Source: Bugula neritina
Lineage: Eukaryota > Animalia > Bryozoa
NCBI GenBank assembly: GCA_964035545.1
Contig: OZ037766.1
Coordinates: 3,162,001 to 3,226,000 of the forward strand
Length of the DNA: 64,000 nucleotides
Reading direction: 5' to 3'
A program made the position numbers and the translations under genes. The notes beneath the pieces were generated by a model, which had not been told where the DNA came from, searched no databases, and saw nothing but the letters and a program-made list of their open reading frames with translations. Shown here piece by piece: positions 48,492-62,245 of the stretch (the first letter of the stretch is position 1; each line of letters opens with the position of its first letter).

Positions 48492-49315
48492 ATGAACACA
48501 GTCTGTGAAACTATTTGATTTTGACAAGCAATTCTTAAGTTACAATAATGCATGGAATACTGACCTAGATATATTCTTATTTATTGTGTACATTTATTCT
48601 TATTTTTATTTGAAACATTAAAATTTTAGGCATTCAAGTGAAAAGCTTGCAATAAAATGTTGAGCTTACATACTACAAAATATTTACAGCAACTGTATTG
48701 TATGTTTAGAAAAAAGAATGCAAGTTAAAATATAAAATAATTAGCTAAAGTAATTTCTGCTTGAGTTTTTTAATACATTTAATTATACCTTTGAAATACT
48801 ATACAAAATATGGGTTCGTGGGTGGCCATTGTTATCGAACTTACACAACATTAAAGATGGTCCATATATTTAAAGAAGTTTGCTGTGACCTATAGTGTAT
48901 ACTTATTTGTAGCTAATGTTACAAGTACAACTAATTTTTGTGTAGCCTAAATAAATAGCATAATGTAATATTTACTGCATTTGCCATTAATTATGTTCAA
49001 CATCCTTTTAATAGTCCTGCAGCAAGTCTTACATCCACCATACTTACATAACCTGCGTCCTCTCAGATTAGCAACTCTCACTGTAGCCATCTTCTCTTGT
49101 ATATTCAAGTGTTTTACAAGTTATTCTCCAAATTCTTACACTTGAAAATTACTTTAGGATTTTTATGCAATGCATGGCTACAAAACTCAAACTTTAATTC
49201 ATATTAAGACATAGCCATACTAAAACATCTAAGTATTATCTTGTCTGAATTATGCCTAAACGAAGCAACCAAAGTTTAGTCGTGGTTAGAGTCATTGAAC
49301 TATAGCTACAGTCTA

Positions 49316-49660
49316 AGCCTAGGGCCACACGGCGCGTATTTTCGCATGCGAAAATTGAAATCACCAGTAGCAAAGGTGTCTACTGTGCGCGTTGAGAAAA
49401 CATTTGCACTTGTCGCTCTGCATTTTCAACGCAAGTGCGAATCGTCTCTGTAGTCGTCACTTAATTGGCTGGTAGTCATTCAGCGAGCCCAATTTCTTTA
49501 TTTAGTGCTATATTCCAGTAAATTGCGTTTTATTGAAAGCGAGTGCGATTTAAAAATGAAAGCTTTATTTATCACGCATCACTGACGCTACAGTGGACAC
49601 CTTTGCTACTTGTGATTTTAATTTTCGCATGCGAAAATACGCACAGTGTGGCCCTAGGCT
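49316..49660. mobile_element. 345-bp MITE with ~40-bp TIRs and a probable TA TSD, inserted in a tRNA-derived SINE head
   Basis: TIR agcctagggccacacggcgcgtattttcgcatgcgaaaatt / aattttcgcatgcgaaaatacgcacagtgtggccctaggct. Removing it restores gtcTAgttcattggttagagcactgg...gggttcaaatc. Confidence 0.85.
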
Positions 49661-50697
49661 TAGTTCATTGGTTAGAGCACTGGTCTAATGTGTGCCAGGT
49701 CATGGGTTCAAATCTCCATCTGGAATTGGTGACATCAGTATCCAGTCACGATTGCTCCTTGGGTGACAGGATACTCAGTCTTTATAACCTACTTCCAAAT
49801 TTTTATTAGGGGTTCTGCAGCATAGAGATTACCCAGTAGCCCCTGTGGTGTAATAGTTTGAGCGCCAGCTTTGAATCTGAAGGTCCTCGATTCAAATTCT
49901 ATAATGGCGAAAATGTTTTACAGATTCTCTCAGGAGTTTCAGAGTTTCAAATCAACATGTGGGTGTTTTTCGTCTGTTGATGGTTCAACTCATGTAGAGA
50001 GGTCAAAATAAATCAATATGCTTAGAAATGCTTTACCATATGCTGCATTGCAGATACATACTAATGCTGGATGACACAGCAACAAGGCAGCTTCATTACA
50101 TCATATCCTGTTAAATTCAAGTCAATTTAATTAAAGCTTTTATATACCATGAGAAAATGAAACAAGAAATGGAATAGAAACGCATATATGTCAGTAGACT
50201 TTTTGACTGAATGCCCTTTCTAACATCACTAATAACTTAACTTGGATTCGAACCCCTAACCTTGTGTTTACTAAGTAAGTGTTATAGCCACTAGACTGGC
50301 TAAGCTGCAATTTAAATAACTTGTCTGAACCATGAATGAGAGGTAATCCTTGCTGTAGCCTGTATGTGTTGCAAAGGTTGTTGCCAGAAAATTACTCACT
50401 AACTTAGCATTTATTGTCACTAATTTTCAATACCTTTTGTCTAATTAAGGTTCAGTAAAGCCACCAATAATAACTACATGCTAACTTATTGCTTTGTGCA
50501 GAAATAAAAATTCCCCTACGCCACGCTATATTCAGCATATACAGTTAAGTTAATGTTTACATAAATAGAAGCAGTCTGTAAGATTTAGTCAAATGAGACA
50601 CATTTCTAATTTCTGACAAGCAAATTATTACTAATAACAAGCTTCCTGGTCTCTTTGCTTAGCTGAGCCTCACAACCTGTTATACAATAAACGTACA

Positions 50698-50895
50698 AAA
50701 GTTTATAGTCAGTATCCCTGTGAGAAACCTCTGATGGAAGGGTTTTTTCTCAAAGCAGGCTAAGGACTTTCTCAACTATATGGCTGAGGCAATTATGACT
50801 GAATGCTCCTCCCAACATTACCAATGCCCTTTACTGGGGCTTGAACCCATGACTTGGTTTTTACTAAGTCATGCGCTTTAACCCCTGTCGCACAA
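50698..50895 (-). mobile_element. tRNA-derived SINE copy (diverged); a further partial copy lies at ~50195-50305
   Basis: aagtttatagtcagtatccctgtgagaaacc...ttatgactgaatgctcctcccaacattaccaatg...ttgaacccatgac. Confidence 0.8.
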
Positions 50896-51811
50896 CTAAT
50901 GACTGGAGTCAAGGTGAATTTTATATTATTTATTCTGATGCCATAAACACTAGGCTTCAGCTTTAAGCTATAATTGAAAATATTTAAGGCAGAGTAAATA
51001 AACCAGGAATACAAAGTAATCAAATTACTCAACAGTTAGTTTTCTTATTCCTAATTCCTAAGAGATTAAATTCTAATTAATTTATTTGATTGCAAGCTAA
51101 GCTGGCTGTCACCAAGACACATTCTGTAACAATAAACAGTTTACAATGACAACACAGTTATATTGTGGAGCAACACGATGGCTTTAGCCAACCTCAATAG
51201 TATTACATTTACTTGTGAAAAGACAGCAGCTAAACTTTATACTTGAAGCTATATTTTCCAAGAGGTTGTTGGTTTATTGTAAAGATATTATTCAGTCTAC
51301 ATCAAGTTAGAAAGGTTAGTTGTGGTTAAATTCCTATAATATTTTAACTAAATTTTACTTGATGTTATTTGTTTTATTAGTAAATCTGATTATTGATATT
51401 GCAATTATATACTATTAAAGCTCTCATGTTTCGATTAAAATTATTTTAGACTGTTAGGTAAATGTAATACATTCTGTACTTTTTACTAGCAAAACATCAA
51501 AGATAATAAAATTTAAGATAATTTTTTTTGTACTTGGTAAATTTTTGAGCTACTTTACATAGATCTTAAGATGTGTAATTGGCAATTTGTTGAGATTTTT
51601 GTCTACTGTGGCAGAGCTGCAATAGAAAATTCATTCTTCAAGTCTAGGAGCTGCTAAATATAGGCTTTGAAATCTTGTGCTATATTGGCTAGCATATTTT
51701 TACACCAACTCCAACAGCTGTTAAACTTACCTAACTTTTAATAGATAATTTGAATATCAGTTCATGTCTTTGTAGATATATCAATTTATCTTGTAATGCC
51801 TTCTGTTATAG

Positions 51812-54800
51812 ATGGAACTGTTAGAAGTAATAAACGTAGTATATCTCATATTGGTAATCGGCCTCTCTTTGACAGTCAACATTGCTATAATCACAACTGT
51901 ATGCAAATCCTCTAGTCTGAGTGCGCAGGTAAACAAGTTTCTGGTTAGTCTGTGTGTTAATGGATTATTCCTAGTGCTGACTATCATCTCAGACATCATC
52001 ATTATTCTAGGCAGCTCTTATGATGACTGGATCTTGTTCATATTCCAGGTAATGTTTCTTCTATAAGTCAGCATTTTGATACTATAATAGCTACATGTTT
52101 TATAGACTTCAATTACCATGTTTTTTCAAAAAAAATTGTTTTAAGAAATTGCTTATACCATATTAGATTGCTTGCTATTTGTGATTATAACTTATGTTGG
52201 TGGAGAAAAAGATGTGTGGATGTGAAATATATGCAAAAATATTTATAAAATGTATATCATTACAAAATTAGTTAATGTGAATCTAGATAATATTGCAACC
52301 AATCATCAATTAAAACTTGCTGAAAAACTAAGCCACTAAAACTATTCTTAGAGGTTGTCAGCTACAGCATATGTGTATGCAGAGTTTGATTATATATAAT
52401 TTACAATTCGAAATAAATTTGTATAAAACAATTAAAGCATACATGTACATTAAGAAAGATTTCTAAAGAAAAAAAAAAATAATATTTAGATGCCACAACT
52501 ATAGCAATGATTTAAGCCATCAGTTGTTTTGAGTTACACATCATTAGCTGAGAATCACGGAGCCACTGAAATAATATGTTATTGTTAAGAATTGTGTCCT
52601 CCTGGGAATAAGAAACCCTCAGGCAAGATGGTGTTATCTGACATTATCAGGTTGTTGTATAACCAGTCTGCTAGTTATTGATTAATTAAATTGTTATATA
52701 ACATAAATATAAAACAAGCGTTGTGAGCATTAACCCTGTCAGTTAATTTGGATCTTTGACGCTGGAAACTTTCTTTAATGTGAAATAATTTATACTACAT
52801 AAAACATTATAGTTCGGAAATTATTCGTAAGATAACATAATTTTAAATAGTTTATTTTGTTCAAAATCTGAGTTTTAATTTACTTGATAGTTTTTAAACA
52901 CACTGATTAAAACTTAAGCCGAAAAAATTGTAATCATTTGTTTTGAAACAAGTAGGCTATAGAGTATAGGCCTGCAGATTAAAACCATACCTTCTATCCA
53001 GAATACTAAAATAATATGCAATTTTAAACTATTTTTGCATCCATTTAGATATTTGTAAAGCTTTAGCCATTAGAAAGCAGTAAACCATCTATAGAATAGT
53101 GTTAGGATTTCACCTGCACGCTGCACTAAATTCATAATTGGTTGCACAACTCCATGGAGTTCTGCTACATGCACTGCCCTTTGACGATATTTATTTAGTC
53201 AATACTAGTCATGATGTATTTTAAACATTTGAAACTGTGTAGGCAGTATATATGGCAAATAGTTTATTACAATAGTTGTAACTGTAGACAAACTAAGAAT
53301 ATAAGTTCTTTGCTTTTGTAGTTTACCTCTAAATTAGTTTACAATTAAAAACAACTAATATACATCATTATTCAAACTAGCAAACCTTACTACCCTATTT
53401 AATTGATAAGCTACATGAATGGCTGCACAAGTAGAGGTTGTTTATTGTAGAACTGTGGCATGTATTTCTGTATGATGAACTACTGGATTCTGCTCATGTT
53501 TATTGGGTTCTACAAGTGCACTGTTCTGGAAAGTCCATCCATGGATATTAAAGAAAAAAGCCGGCTGGTTACCAGGTGAGTGTAATCTTACTTCTGGTTG
53601 ATTCAATCAGATGAAGCATTTTAAAAGCTCAACTTGCCTAAAAATGTCAAACTTTATTACAACACGGAACATCTTACGATAAGAAGAATAATGAGCATGG
53701 TGGTTTTGGCATCCATGCTTCTGTGGTTATTTTAGATACCACATGATTTTATTTTGAAGTGGATTGTATTATCAAAATATATTCCAGCCTGGAAAGCTCA
53801 AACTACTTGTAGGAGTTGTCTTAACATAAGTAGTGTATGGTTAATGTTATATTTGGTACATTATTGGTTCATCGGTTGGTCAACTTTTGTTTGTTAGACA
53901 CAACATTAGGAAATACTGCCTATAGGTGTTTCAGCAGTAAATAGGAGGAAAAAAGAATGTAAGGATAGAAGCTGAGCAGTTTTGAGTGATAGTTAAACTA
54001 TGATTAGAACAGTTAGGATATGGAAGCTTTATCACGGGTCTCCTTAACAAGCACTGTGCTGTTTCAAGCAGTTAGATAAATTGTCCATAATTGATTTAAG
54101 CAATTAGCACTGTGCACTATCTTTAATATCTAGGAGTTACTAATATTTTCCCAAAAAACTTCTATTTTATAATATTTTAGGTTACTAACAACAAGCTGGG
54201 TTGTAGGAGCTTTACTCTCAGCTGCTTTCATAGCTACCTACACGTTTATTTTGTTACAACTCCATAAGAAAACAGAAAAACTCGAATTAGGACAATTTAT
54301 GTTGTTTAGAGCTTACACACAGGTAGAAAATACTGAAAGGTAAGCAAAGTAAGTATTCATGCAGTGCAGCAACATGCTTCATTGATAGGGGACTAAGGCT
54401 TTTGGGTTACGACTATATATCAAATTAGGACAAAGTTAAAAGTTATGCCTTTAACTTTAAATGTTAATTTTTTTATAAAATTGCAATAAAAAACGTAATC
54501 ATAATTTTCTTATTTCTGAAAATTCTTTGGATAAGAAAAATAATTAGTTTAAAACAAAGTTGCTGCGTATATTCTTTTATTCATTATATGACCTATACAA
54601 CAGTATAAACTTACTGGTCACATGACCTATACAGCAGTCTAAACTTACTGGTCAGATGACCTATACCATATGAGCTTACTAGTTACATGACCCATACACC
54701 AGTCTAAACTTAATGGTCACATGACCTACACAATAGTATGAGTTTACTTGCCAGATAAAGATGAACTTTACATTCAAAAGCACAGCTAATAGAAATTGAA

Positions 54801-55904
54801 CACCTGTCAATTATAATAGAACTTTCCATTGAAACCAAAATTTGAAATGTGTTGATAAATATGGGTAAAGTAGTTAAACTCACTATTGCTAATTTTGTCG
54901 AATTGCTTTTAGTTCAGTAGTTAGCTACTTCCTGGTACTCTATATAACGAGTATGATGGTCATAACCCTATCCTTTGGAGTAGTAGTAGCCACATTCTAC
55001 TGCGTCTCCAAATACCACAAAGTGCACTGCAGCTGCAAGAAAATCAAATCAAGTAAAATTCTGCCGCTCAAACAACGAGATAGTAAGTTCCAGGCGTTAC
55101 TTCATTCGAATATATTTTGTGGATCCAAATATCAAATCAAACTGACTTTAAATGAATTCACATTAAATAAATAAACAAAATAAACGAATAAATATATAAA
55201 GTGAATAAATAAATAAAATTAATAAACAAAATTATTGAATAAACAAATTTAGTTTAGTATAAGCCAATATTTATAACAATATATAATGAACTGATTGGTT
55301 TATGAAAGCTTTACAACGTATAAAACAATATTTTATAGTCACATGCTGGGATTCAAATCCTAATGTGCTGAGTATAAGCCGTGAAGGGTCAAAGATCACA
55401 GGAAATCAACATCACAACCCAGCGACCCCATGTAAGAGCCCGCAATGGCTTACTGTACCAAACAGTAGACCTGAAGCTAGCAACAGAAGACAGAGTGTCT
55501 ACAGTATAATATCAAACAGCTTTGACAACTCAGACTACATGCACAAGCATAGACCAAGTATACAGTCTGCAAGTAGCCTCACTGCAATCTCTTTTATCAG
55601 TACACATATACCTAGTGATAAATCTTGGGCTATTATTAAATCTGGTAAATTTGTTCCAACTAAACTAAACCATGCAACTAAAAGCACACTAGTTTTAATG
55701 TGCACTTTTATACTATGCTCTGTACCACTGTTACTGGCCATTGCTCCAAACAATAGTTTTGACTTATACGATTTGATTATAACCGTCAGTAAAAACTTGT
55801 TTTACACAAATAGCTTTACTTGTGCATTTTGGTATCTAATATTTCCAAGTAAGCTGAGAAAAGCTGTTTTTGGCTGCGTTAAACAGACATTTAAACAGCC
55901 TTAA
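51812..55904 (+). CDS. Divergent rhodopsin-like (class A) 7TM GPCR, orphan
   Basis: Exons 51812-52048, 53451-53575, 54181-54339, 54913-55082 and 55339-55904 join in frame and give seven hydrophobic segments. TM1 has N (LTVNIAI), TM4 has W (SWVVG), TM6 reads ATKSTLVLMCTFILCSVP, TM7 reads FYTNSFTCAFWY, and helix 8 reads KLRKAVFGC. Confidence 0.82.
54585..54750. repeat. Degenerate ~35-bp tandem repeat in a GPCR intron
   Basis: Unit atgacctatacaacagtataaacttactggtcac, about 4-5 copies. Confidence 0.8.
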
Positions 55905-58792
55905 AGATAAATTAACCTTGCTCTAGAAATAGAATTTTGCAATTTTAAAACACATGTTTTACTTTGAAAGTTATTCTGCTTGCACAATTCATACTTTAGC
56001 TGCTGTAGAAAACTTATAATGAAAAACTACTGCCTACATTTTATAAACTTTTGATTTTATTCTTATAGACAAAAATTTTGATTTTGTTTGATGCAAATAT
56101 AGTTTACCAGAACTTATTTATTGATGCAGTTCATCAAATGATTAAACCTTTATAGCACCTGTACCCTTCTTTCTAGCTATTTAGTTGTACATGTATTAAT
56201 GAGTAATTAAAAACTTTAATGGACACAGAAAGTTGACCTAATTTGTTTCAAAATTTATGATGTATCGAATGCAAAATTTGCTTATTCTGATGAACAGATA
56301 AATATTATGAATGACTGCTATTAGTAGGGTAAGCAATAGAAAAGTAATTTTAACTTTCTTAGCAGTAAAGCGTGGTAAAAAGAACATAGTTGTTGGCTAT
56401 ACAAACCAGCGTTAACATGTGTATGTAGCAGCACTGTTGTTCTGTAAAAGATATAACTTTTGCAGCTAAATGCTTTCAACTCAACAAGCAAATGGATTTA
56501 AAATATTCACCCTTTCTAATCCTCCGCCTTCAATTTTAAAGCTAGTAACTGAACAGGAACTCCTTATTCTTCTGGTGACTCTGAAAGAAGCCGGTTAGCG
56601 GACAAAGTTTAGAATGCAAGCGCAGCATCTCTGAAAACCTTGAAGATTTGAATCAGTTGTTTCAGTTTCCCTCCGGCTCTACCTGAGTTTGAGCTGCTCA
56701 CTTTGTTACTCTGCAATGCCCTGGTGGCACAACCATTTGTGCTGACTTCTTCATTTCCATCTGACTCAAAGGTGCTGCTGACGGTAGGGTCCTGTATTCT
56801 TCTGTGCTGAAACATGCTGCCATTTAGTTAAACTCTGCCTCAGTATGATCAAAGGACTTGTACTGATAGTCTATAATTTTGTAGTATTAAATAGATTAGC
56901 AAGTAGAACAATGTTGAAGCATTTGAAGCAATAATTATAGCTTAAAATTCTATGTGGTTAGCTGAACGGCTCTTGTTTAAATGGTGCTTATCAAAGTTAG
57001 TTGAAAGGAGGTGTGAATTATTAACAGAGGGCTCTGTTCACGTATGAAAGACTACAGTAACAATAAGTCAAATAAAGTTGTTCATATCTCAAAATTAAGC
57101 TCTTATATAATAGCTAGTATTTTAATAATGCTGATATTTCTTCTTATTTTACAATTCATTTCGTAACCTAAGGTAATAAGGTGACAAATAAGTTTATTCG
57201 GTCTGAAACTACCCCTCCAGTAACTCACAAAAGCTGTGTTTACTGAACTTGGTGTTACAACTATACATTTTGTAAAACAGCACGAATTTTTTGGCAATGT
57301 TAGTGGAAGCTTTTAATTTTAGAGAAACAAGAAAGTAGTTTAATTAGTTAGACTAGTTTGCTATATATTTGAATATATCAATTCAGCCACTGTGTTGAGT
57401 TTCTGTATATACATACAAACTTTCACTACATTTTAAGAATATTCACTGCTGTGCAATTTTAGATCCACCAAATAAAATAATTTAAATACTATTATAGCAA
57501 CTGCCTGCAGCAGCATAGAGAATCTTCACATAAAAAAAATAATTGCACCAGACATGCATGACTTGACTAAAATCTTGATAATTTGGAAGGGAAAGCAATT
57601 TCTAAATCTCAACTCATGATTACGATTTTATAAATTAATACTATAAGTTACATACCTTTTCCTATATTAAAATAACTCTACGCATACATTAAATATTGTA
57701 ATTATTACAACATATTTCATCAGCCTGTCCTGAAGTTAGCTTTAGGCAACTATAAACAAAGCTATTACAGCATATCTATAATTTATTAACTTTTAAAGTT
57801 ATTATAATTGCTATAGCTTAGCAATTATAGTTGTTGTAATAGAATTAATAAATTAAAAGTATTAACACTTTAGCAAAAAAATCAATCTGAAGTTGTCCAC
57901 TTTTTTTGTTACTTAATGGTTGTTTTTAATTGTATGCATATGCAGTAGACTGTAGAGAAATAAATAGAAGCTATAGTTATATCAAGTTATTTAAAAGATT
58001 CGTGATATTTATGGCTGCTGTAAAACTATTGTGCACTTGATGAGAAGCTTTATTGCATTTATCTATTCTTGATTAAATTGTATTGTTCCCTGTTAACACT
58101 ATCAAATTTTTTTATTCCTGTCAAAAATAAGTTCAAAAGATCAAGGCTTTAAAAATCAAAATTCGGTAGCAAAAGGCTACAGCTCTAGCTGCAAAACTTT
58201 TGAAACTACATTTTTAATAGAAAAGAGGTTTTAAAAGTCTTTCTTAGAGGAATATTTTCTAAAGGGAAGACTTATACTGTTTTATACCTAGCTTCATTTT
58301 GTTTCCAAGGAGTTATCCCATTATAAATTGTAATATAAACTATTGAAATTATAATTTATTTATATCAAACTAAATTTAAAAAAAAAGTTTTTAAATGTAT
58401 TTTTAGCCTGAGGTATACTTAAATTTTGATGAAATTATTTGCTGCACCAAGAGGGTGCATCTAAAAGTTCAAAGAAAAAGGTTTATTAAAACTCTTTCAG
58501 TTAATTCTCAGCAGCTATTCTAATGACCAGATAAATACAGGTTACCTAACTGTAAGCTGAACAATAGTATTATACAACTTACAAACAATTATCTGAGTTA
58601 AGCTGTGTGATAGCTGAGCTTGTTGAGACAACTATTTGACTTTAGGGTTACTCAAACCCCCTCCCTCAAATAACGTCTTTGTAATGATATCATAGTAATT
58701 GCAGTGTTGAGTTTACCCACCGCTCCCCCCTTACAAAAGGGAGAAAGCTTTACAATACTTAATACCATGTTTTTAAAAGGCTGGCAGTCAAT

Positions 58793-61700
58793 AGACCATG
58801 TAAAACTCAGCCAATCAGCGAAGTGTACCAGGTCAATGTCTTACCATTGTAACTGATATAAAATTCTGCAAGTTCAATTGCAAAATGCATGCTTCTAAAA
58901 GCTAGTTGTGCTACTTTTTTTTCATGCATTATTTAATTTCATATCTTAAATTGATGACTCTTGAAATGATTTTTAAAATGTCTAAATTAAGTGTTTATAA
59001 AACGCAATTAAAAATTGCATGTCTAGAAAAATGACCTGGTACACTTTTGCAACTTAAGGCCAATTATTACATAACTGCCAGCTTAGTAGTTATTTGTTGT
59101 TGCAGCTTGAATGGGTTATTGTTTAGCATTGGAAGCTTGCAGTAAACATCTGTGAATTTGGTACATGACTTTGATTGGCTGGTTTTTGAATGGCCCTTTA
59201 GTATATGCATCTGGATGGCTGGGTAGTGTAGACTCCGCCTACATCTAGCTAATGTACAGTAGCCAATCCACAGTAGTATTACAAAATTTCTGTTTAACAA
59301 ATGAAATATTCTGGTCATTTGTTTTGTACTTTACAATAGTAAATATTCTATTCAACTATAATTTTATTGTATGTAAGCCATGGGAACTACTAAGAGGTTA
59401 AATCAACCACCCATGCTGGTAATATTGTTGCTCACAGTAATAGCAAGTCCACACGTATAGATATACACATAAGCTATTATGTGCAGCTTATGAATGCTGA
59501 AATGACCCCATTTCTTACTTTCAATTTGAAAAAAATTGTATTACATATTCTGCCACTTCTGCACCAAGAATTTGTTTTCCTTTTAAATTTTGAAAATAGT
59601 AGTCAGTTTCTGCAGCAGTCAACTGCATCCACAATAAACAACGTAAGCTTTCAAATAAACTATAAATATATGAAATATTAGTGTGGAAACAATGTAATTT
59701 AGTTCTTGCTATGATGAAAAATTACAAGAATATTATATTATAGAAGCTAGATATAGATTTCTATAAAATGGTACAGGTAAAAATAACACATTTTTACTTC
59801 AAATTCTAAATTTCATCAGTCACCAATGGTGGCTGTAGATTACAGAGAGCATAGCAGACTATCATAATCATAAGGATGGTCAGCCCACTGAGCAAAATCC
59901 AACTCCAACCTTTCATTTGGGTTACCAACGCACTAAAGCATATAATGTAAGACGAACAAAAAACAGTGGTTTTAATGAAACATGTGAAGGAAGCGAACAG
60001 AAAACGTTATCAACAGAGTCAGCTGATATAGAGCAACAGAACTCATCTGACAGCCATCCTCATAGTCAGACTTCATCAGAAGTAACTGAGTTACCAGAAT
60101 CATCAACTACTCAGAAAAAAAGATCTGCACATTCTATTGATAGACGAAAATCAAAAGTTGGAAGAAAAGGCTCAAAAAGATCCAGGTTTAAACAAAAAGC
60201 AACTATTGAAAAAGTAAAAGTTTTTAAAACTTTCACCACTACAGATGAGCAAACTAAATTCTATACTGGAATACCTACACGTTCTCTATACTATTTTTTA
60301 GCAAGGTGAAAATTATGATTTTCTAATTGCAAAGATAGACTATGGTTTATTACAAATAAACAATGCAAGTCTCACTATGCTAAAATTTCTACATTGATTA
60401 AATTTGATGTGTAGTAAAACTGTCATTTTAATTAAATTTGTTGCAGTGTGAGTACATCATTCATACATTTTTTATTAAAGGTGTTGTTTTATGTAAGTTA
60501 TTCATAAATACCACAGTGGTCATCTGTATGCCTTGACTTATTTAGTTTAGGGTTTTATTTAAACAAGCAGCAGTATTTTATTTGTGGACAAATTGACTCA
60601 CTTTCTCTAGGAAAAGTAAATTGTTTTGACTTAAATTTTCCTTGGTTATTTTAAAGCTTATCAAAAGTGGCCTCCTAATCTAATTTTTAGCTGAAACTAA
60701 CTCAGTGTTTCACTTATTCACAAACATTATTAAATGCTATTCTAGAAATAATATGGGTTTGAATTAGTTATAGTATAATTATAAAATGAAGTAATAATTG
60801 TTTGTCCACAGTATTTGTTTAAACTCATAACTTCATTCAAAGCATGTATTCATACAACTAGCTTACCATGTACTGTTACAGTATTATGTAACATATGTTG
60901 ACACACATTACATTCTGTTTGGATGGTGATATATTGGGTCAAGCCTTCAGCTAGCAGTTCTTGAACTTCATAGTTGTTGCAAAATATAACTGAAGCTACT
61001 TACCAGAGGGTAAAAACTGCTGAATGAACACAAACTAAGCACAAAATTTATTTAGCACATACATTATAATTTGAATCATAATTTAATTTTCATTCTTAAT
61101 TTTCTATATTTAGATTTATATGTCCGAAGATGAAAGTTCTTATTCTCCAAAAAAGTTAACAGGACAAGATAAACTTTTATTGGCTTTGATGAAGTTGCGT
61201 CAAGGTTTACAGTTTCAAATACTTGCTGGCCTTTTTTATATCTCTAGATTGCTAGCAAGCAAAACCTTCCAAAACACATTAGATATTTTAGCAAGAGAAC
61301 TGAACAATCTAATAGTTTTTCCAACAAGAGAGAAGCTGAACATCCCTCTGAGCTTTCAAAGCCAATATGCTACCATATATTTATAGTTTATTTGAAAGCT
61401 TACGTTGTGGATGTTGACTGCTATAGAAACTGACTACTGTTTTCAAAATTTAAAAGGAAAACAAGTTCCTGGTGCAGAAGTGGCAGAATATGTAATACAA
61501 TTTTTTTCAAGTTGAAAGTAAGAAATGGGGTCATTTCAGCATTCATAAGCTGCACATACTAGCTTATGTGTATATTTATACGGTGTGGACTTGCTATTAC
61601 TGTGAGCAACAATATTACCAGCATGGGTGGTTGATTTAACCTCTTAGTAGTTCCCATGGCTTACATACAATAAAATTATAGTTGAATAGAATATTTACTA

Positions 61701-62245
61701 TTGTAAAGTACAAAACAAATGACCAGAATATTTCATTTGTTAAACAGAAATTTTGTAATACTACTGTGGATTGGCTACTGTACATTAGCTAGATGTAGGC
61801 GGAGTCCACACTACCCAGCCATCCAGATGCATATACTAAAGGGCCATTCAAAAACCAGCCAATCAAAGTCATGTACCAAATTCACAGATGTTTACTGCAA
61901 GCTTCCAATGCTAAACAATAACCCATTCAAGCTGCAACAACAAATAACTACTAAGCTGGCAGTTATGTAATAATTGGCCTTAAGTTGCAAAAGTGTACCA
62001 GGTCATTTTTCTAGACATGCAATTTTTAATTGCGTTTTATAAACACTTAATTTAGACATTTTAAAAAATCATTTCAAGAGTCATCAATTTAAGATATGAA
62101 ATTAAATAATGCATGAAAAAAAAGTTGCACAACTAGCTTTTAGAAGCATGCATTTTGCAATTGAACTTGCAGAATTTTATATCAGTTACAATGGTAAGAC
62201 ATTGACCTGGTACACTTCGCTGATTGGCTGAGTTTTACATGGTCT
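58793..62245 (+). mobile_element. ISL2EU/Harbinger-group DNA transposon foldback derivative with ~880-bp inverted arms and an internal truncated transposase
   Basis: The left arm 58790-59672 is the reverse complement of the right arm 61374-62248, hence the duplicated MTRIFHLL... ORFs. Ends read caAT|AGACC...GGTCT|ATta, consistent with an AT TSD. Transposase fragments lie between the arms. Confidence 0.88.
59875..61386 (+). pseudogene. Truncated THAP/HTH transposase lacking the DDE domain
   Basis: DGQPTEQNPTPTFHLGY resembles a THAP C-terminus, and DEQTKFYTGIP follows. After an intron (~60305-61113) comes KKLTGQDKLLLALMKLRQGLQFQILAGLFYISRLLASKTF...LIVFPTRE...PLSFQSQY (HTH_Tnp_4-like). The frame then runs into the right inverted arm and stops. 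In-frame stops lie upstream. Confidence 0.8.

Noticed and set aside
48180-48527. 115-aa minus-strand and 80-aa plus-strand ORFs
   Set aside because: Antisense or alternate-frame shadows of the Lys/Gly-rich exon, which has the proper acceptor and phase.
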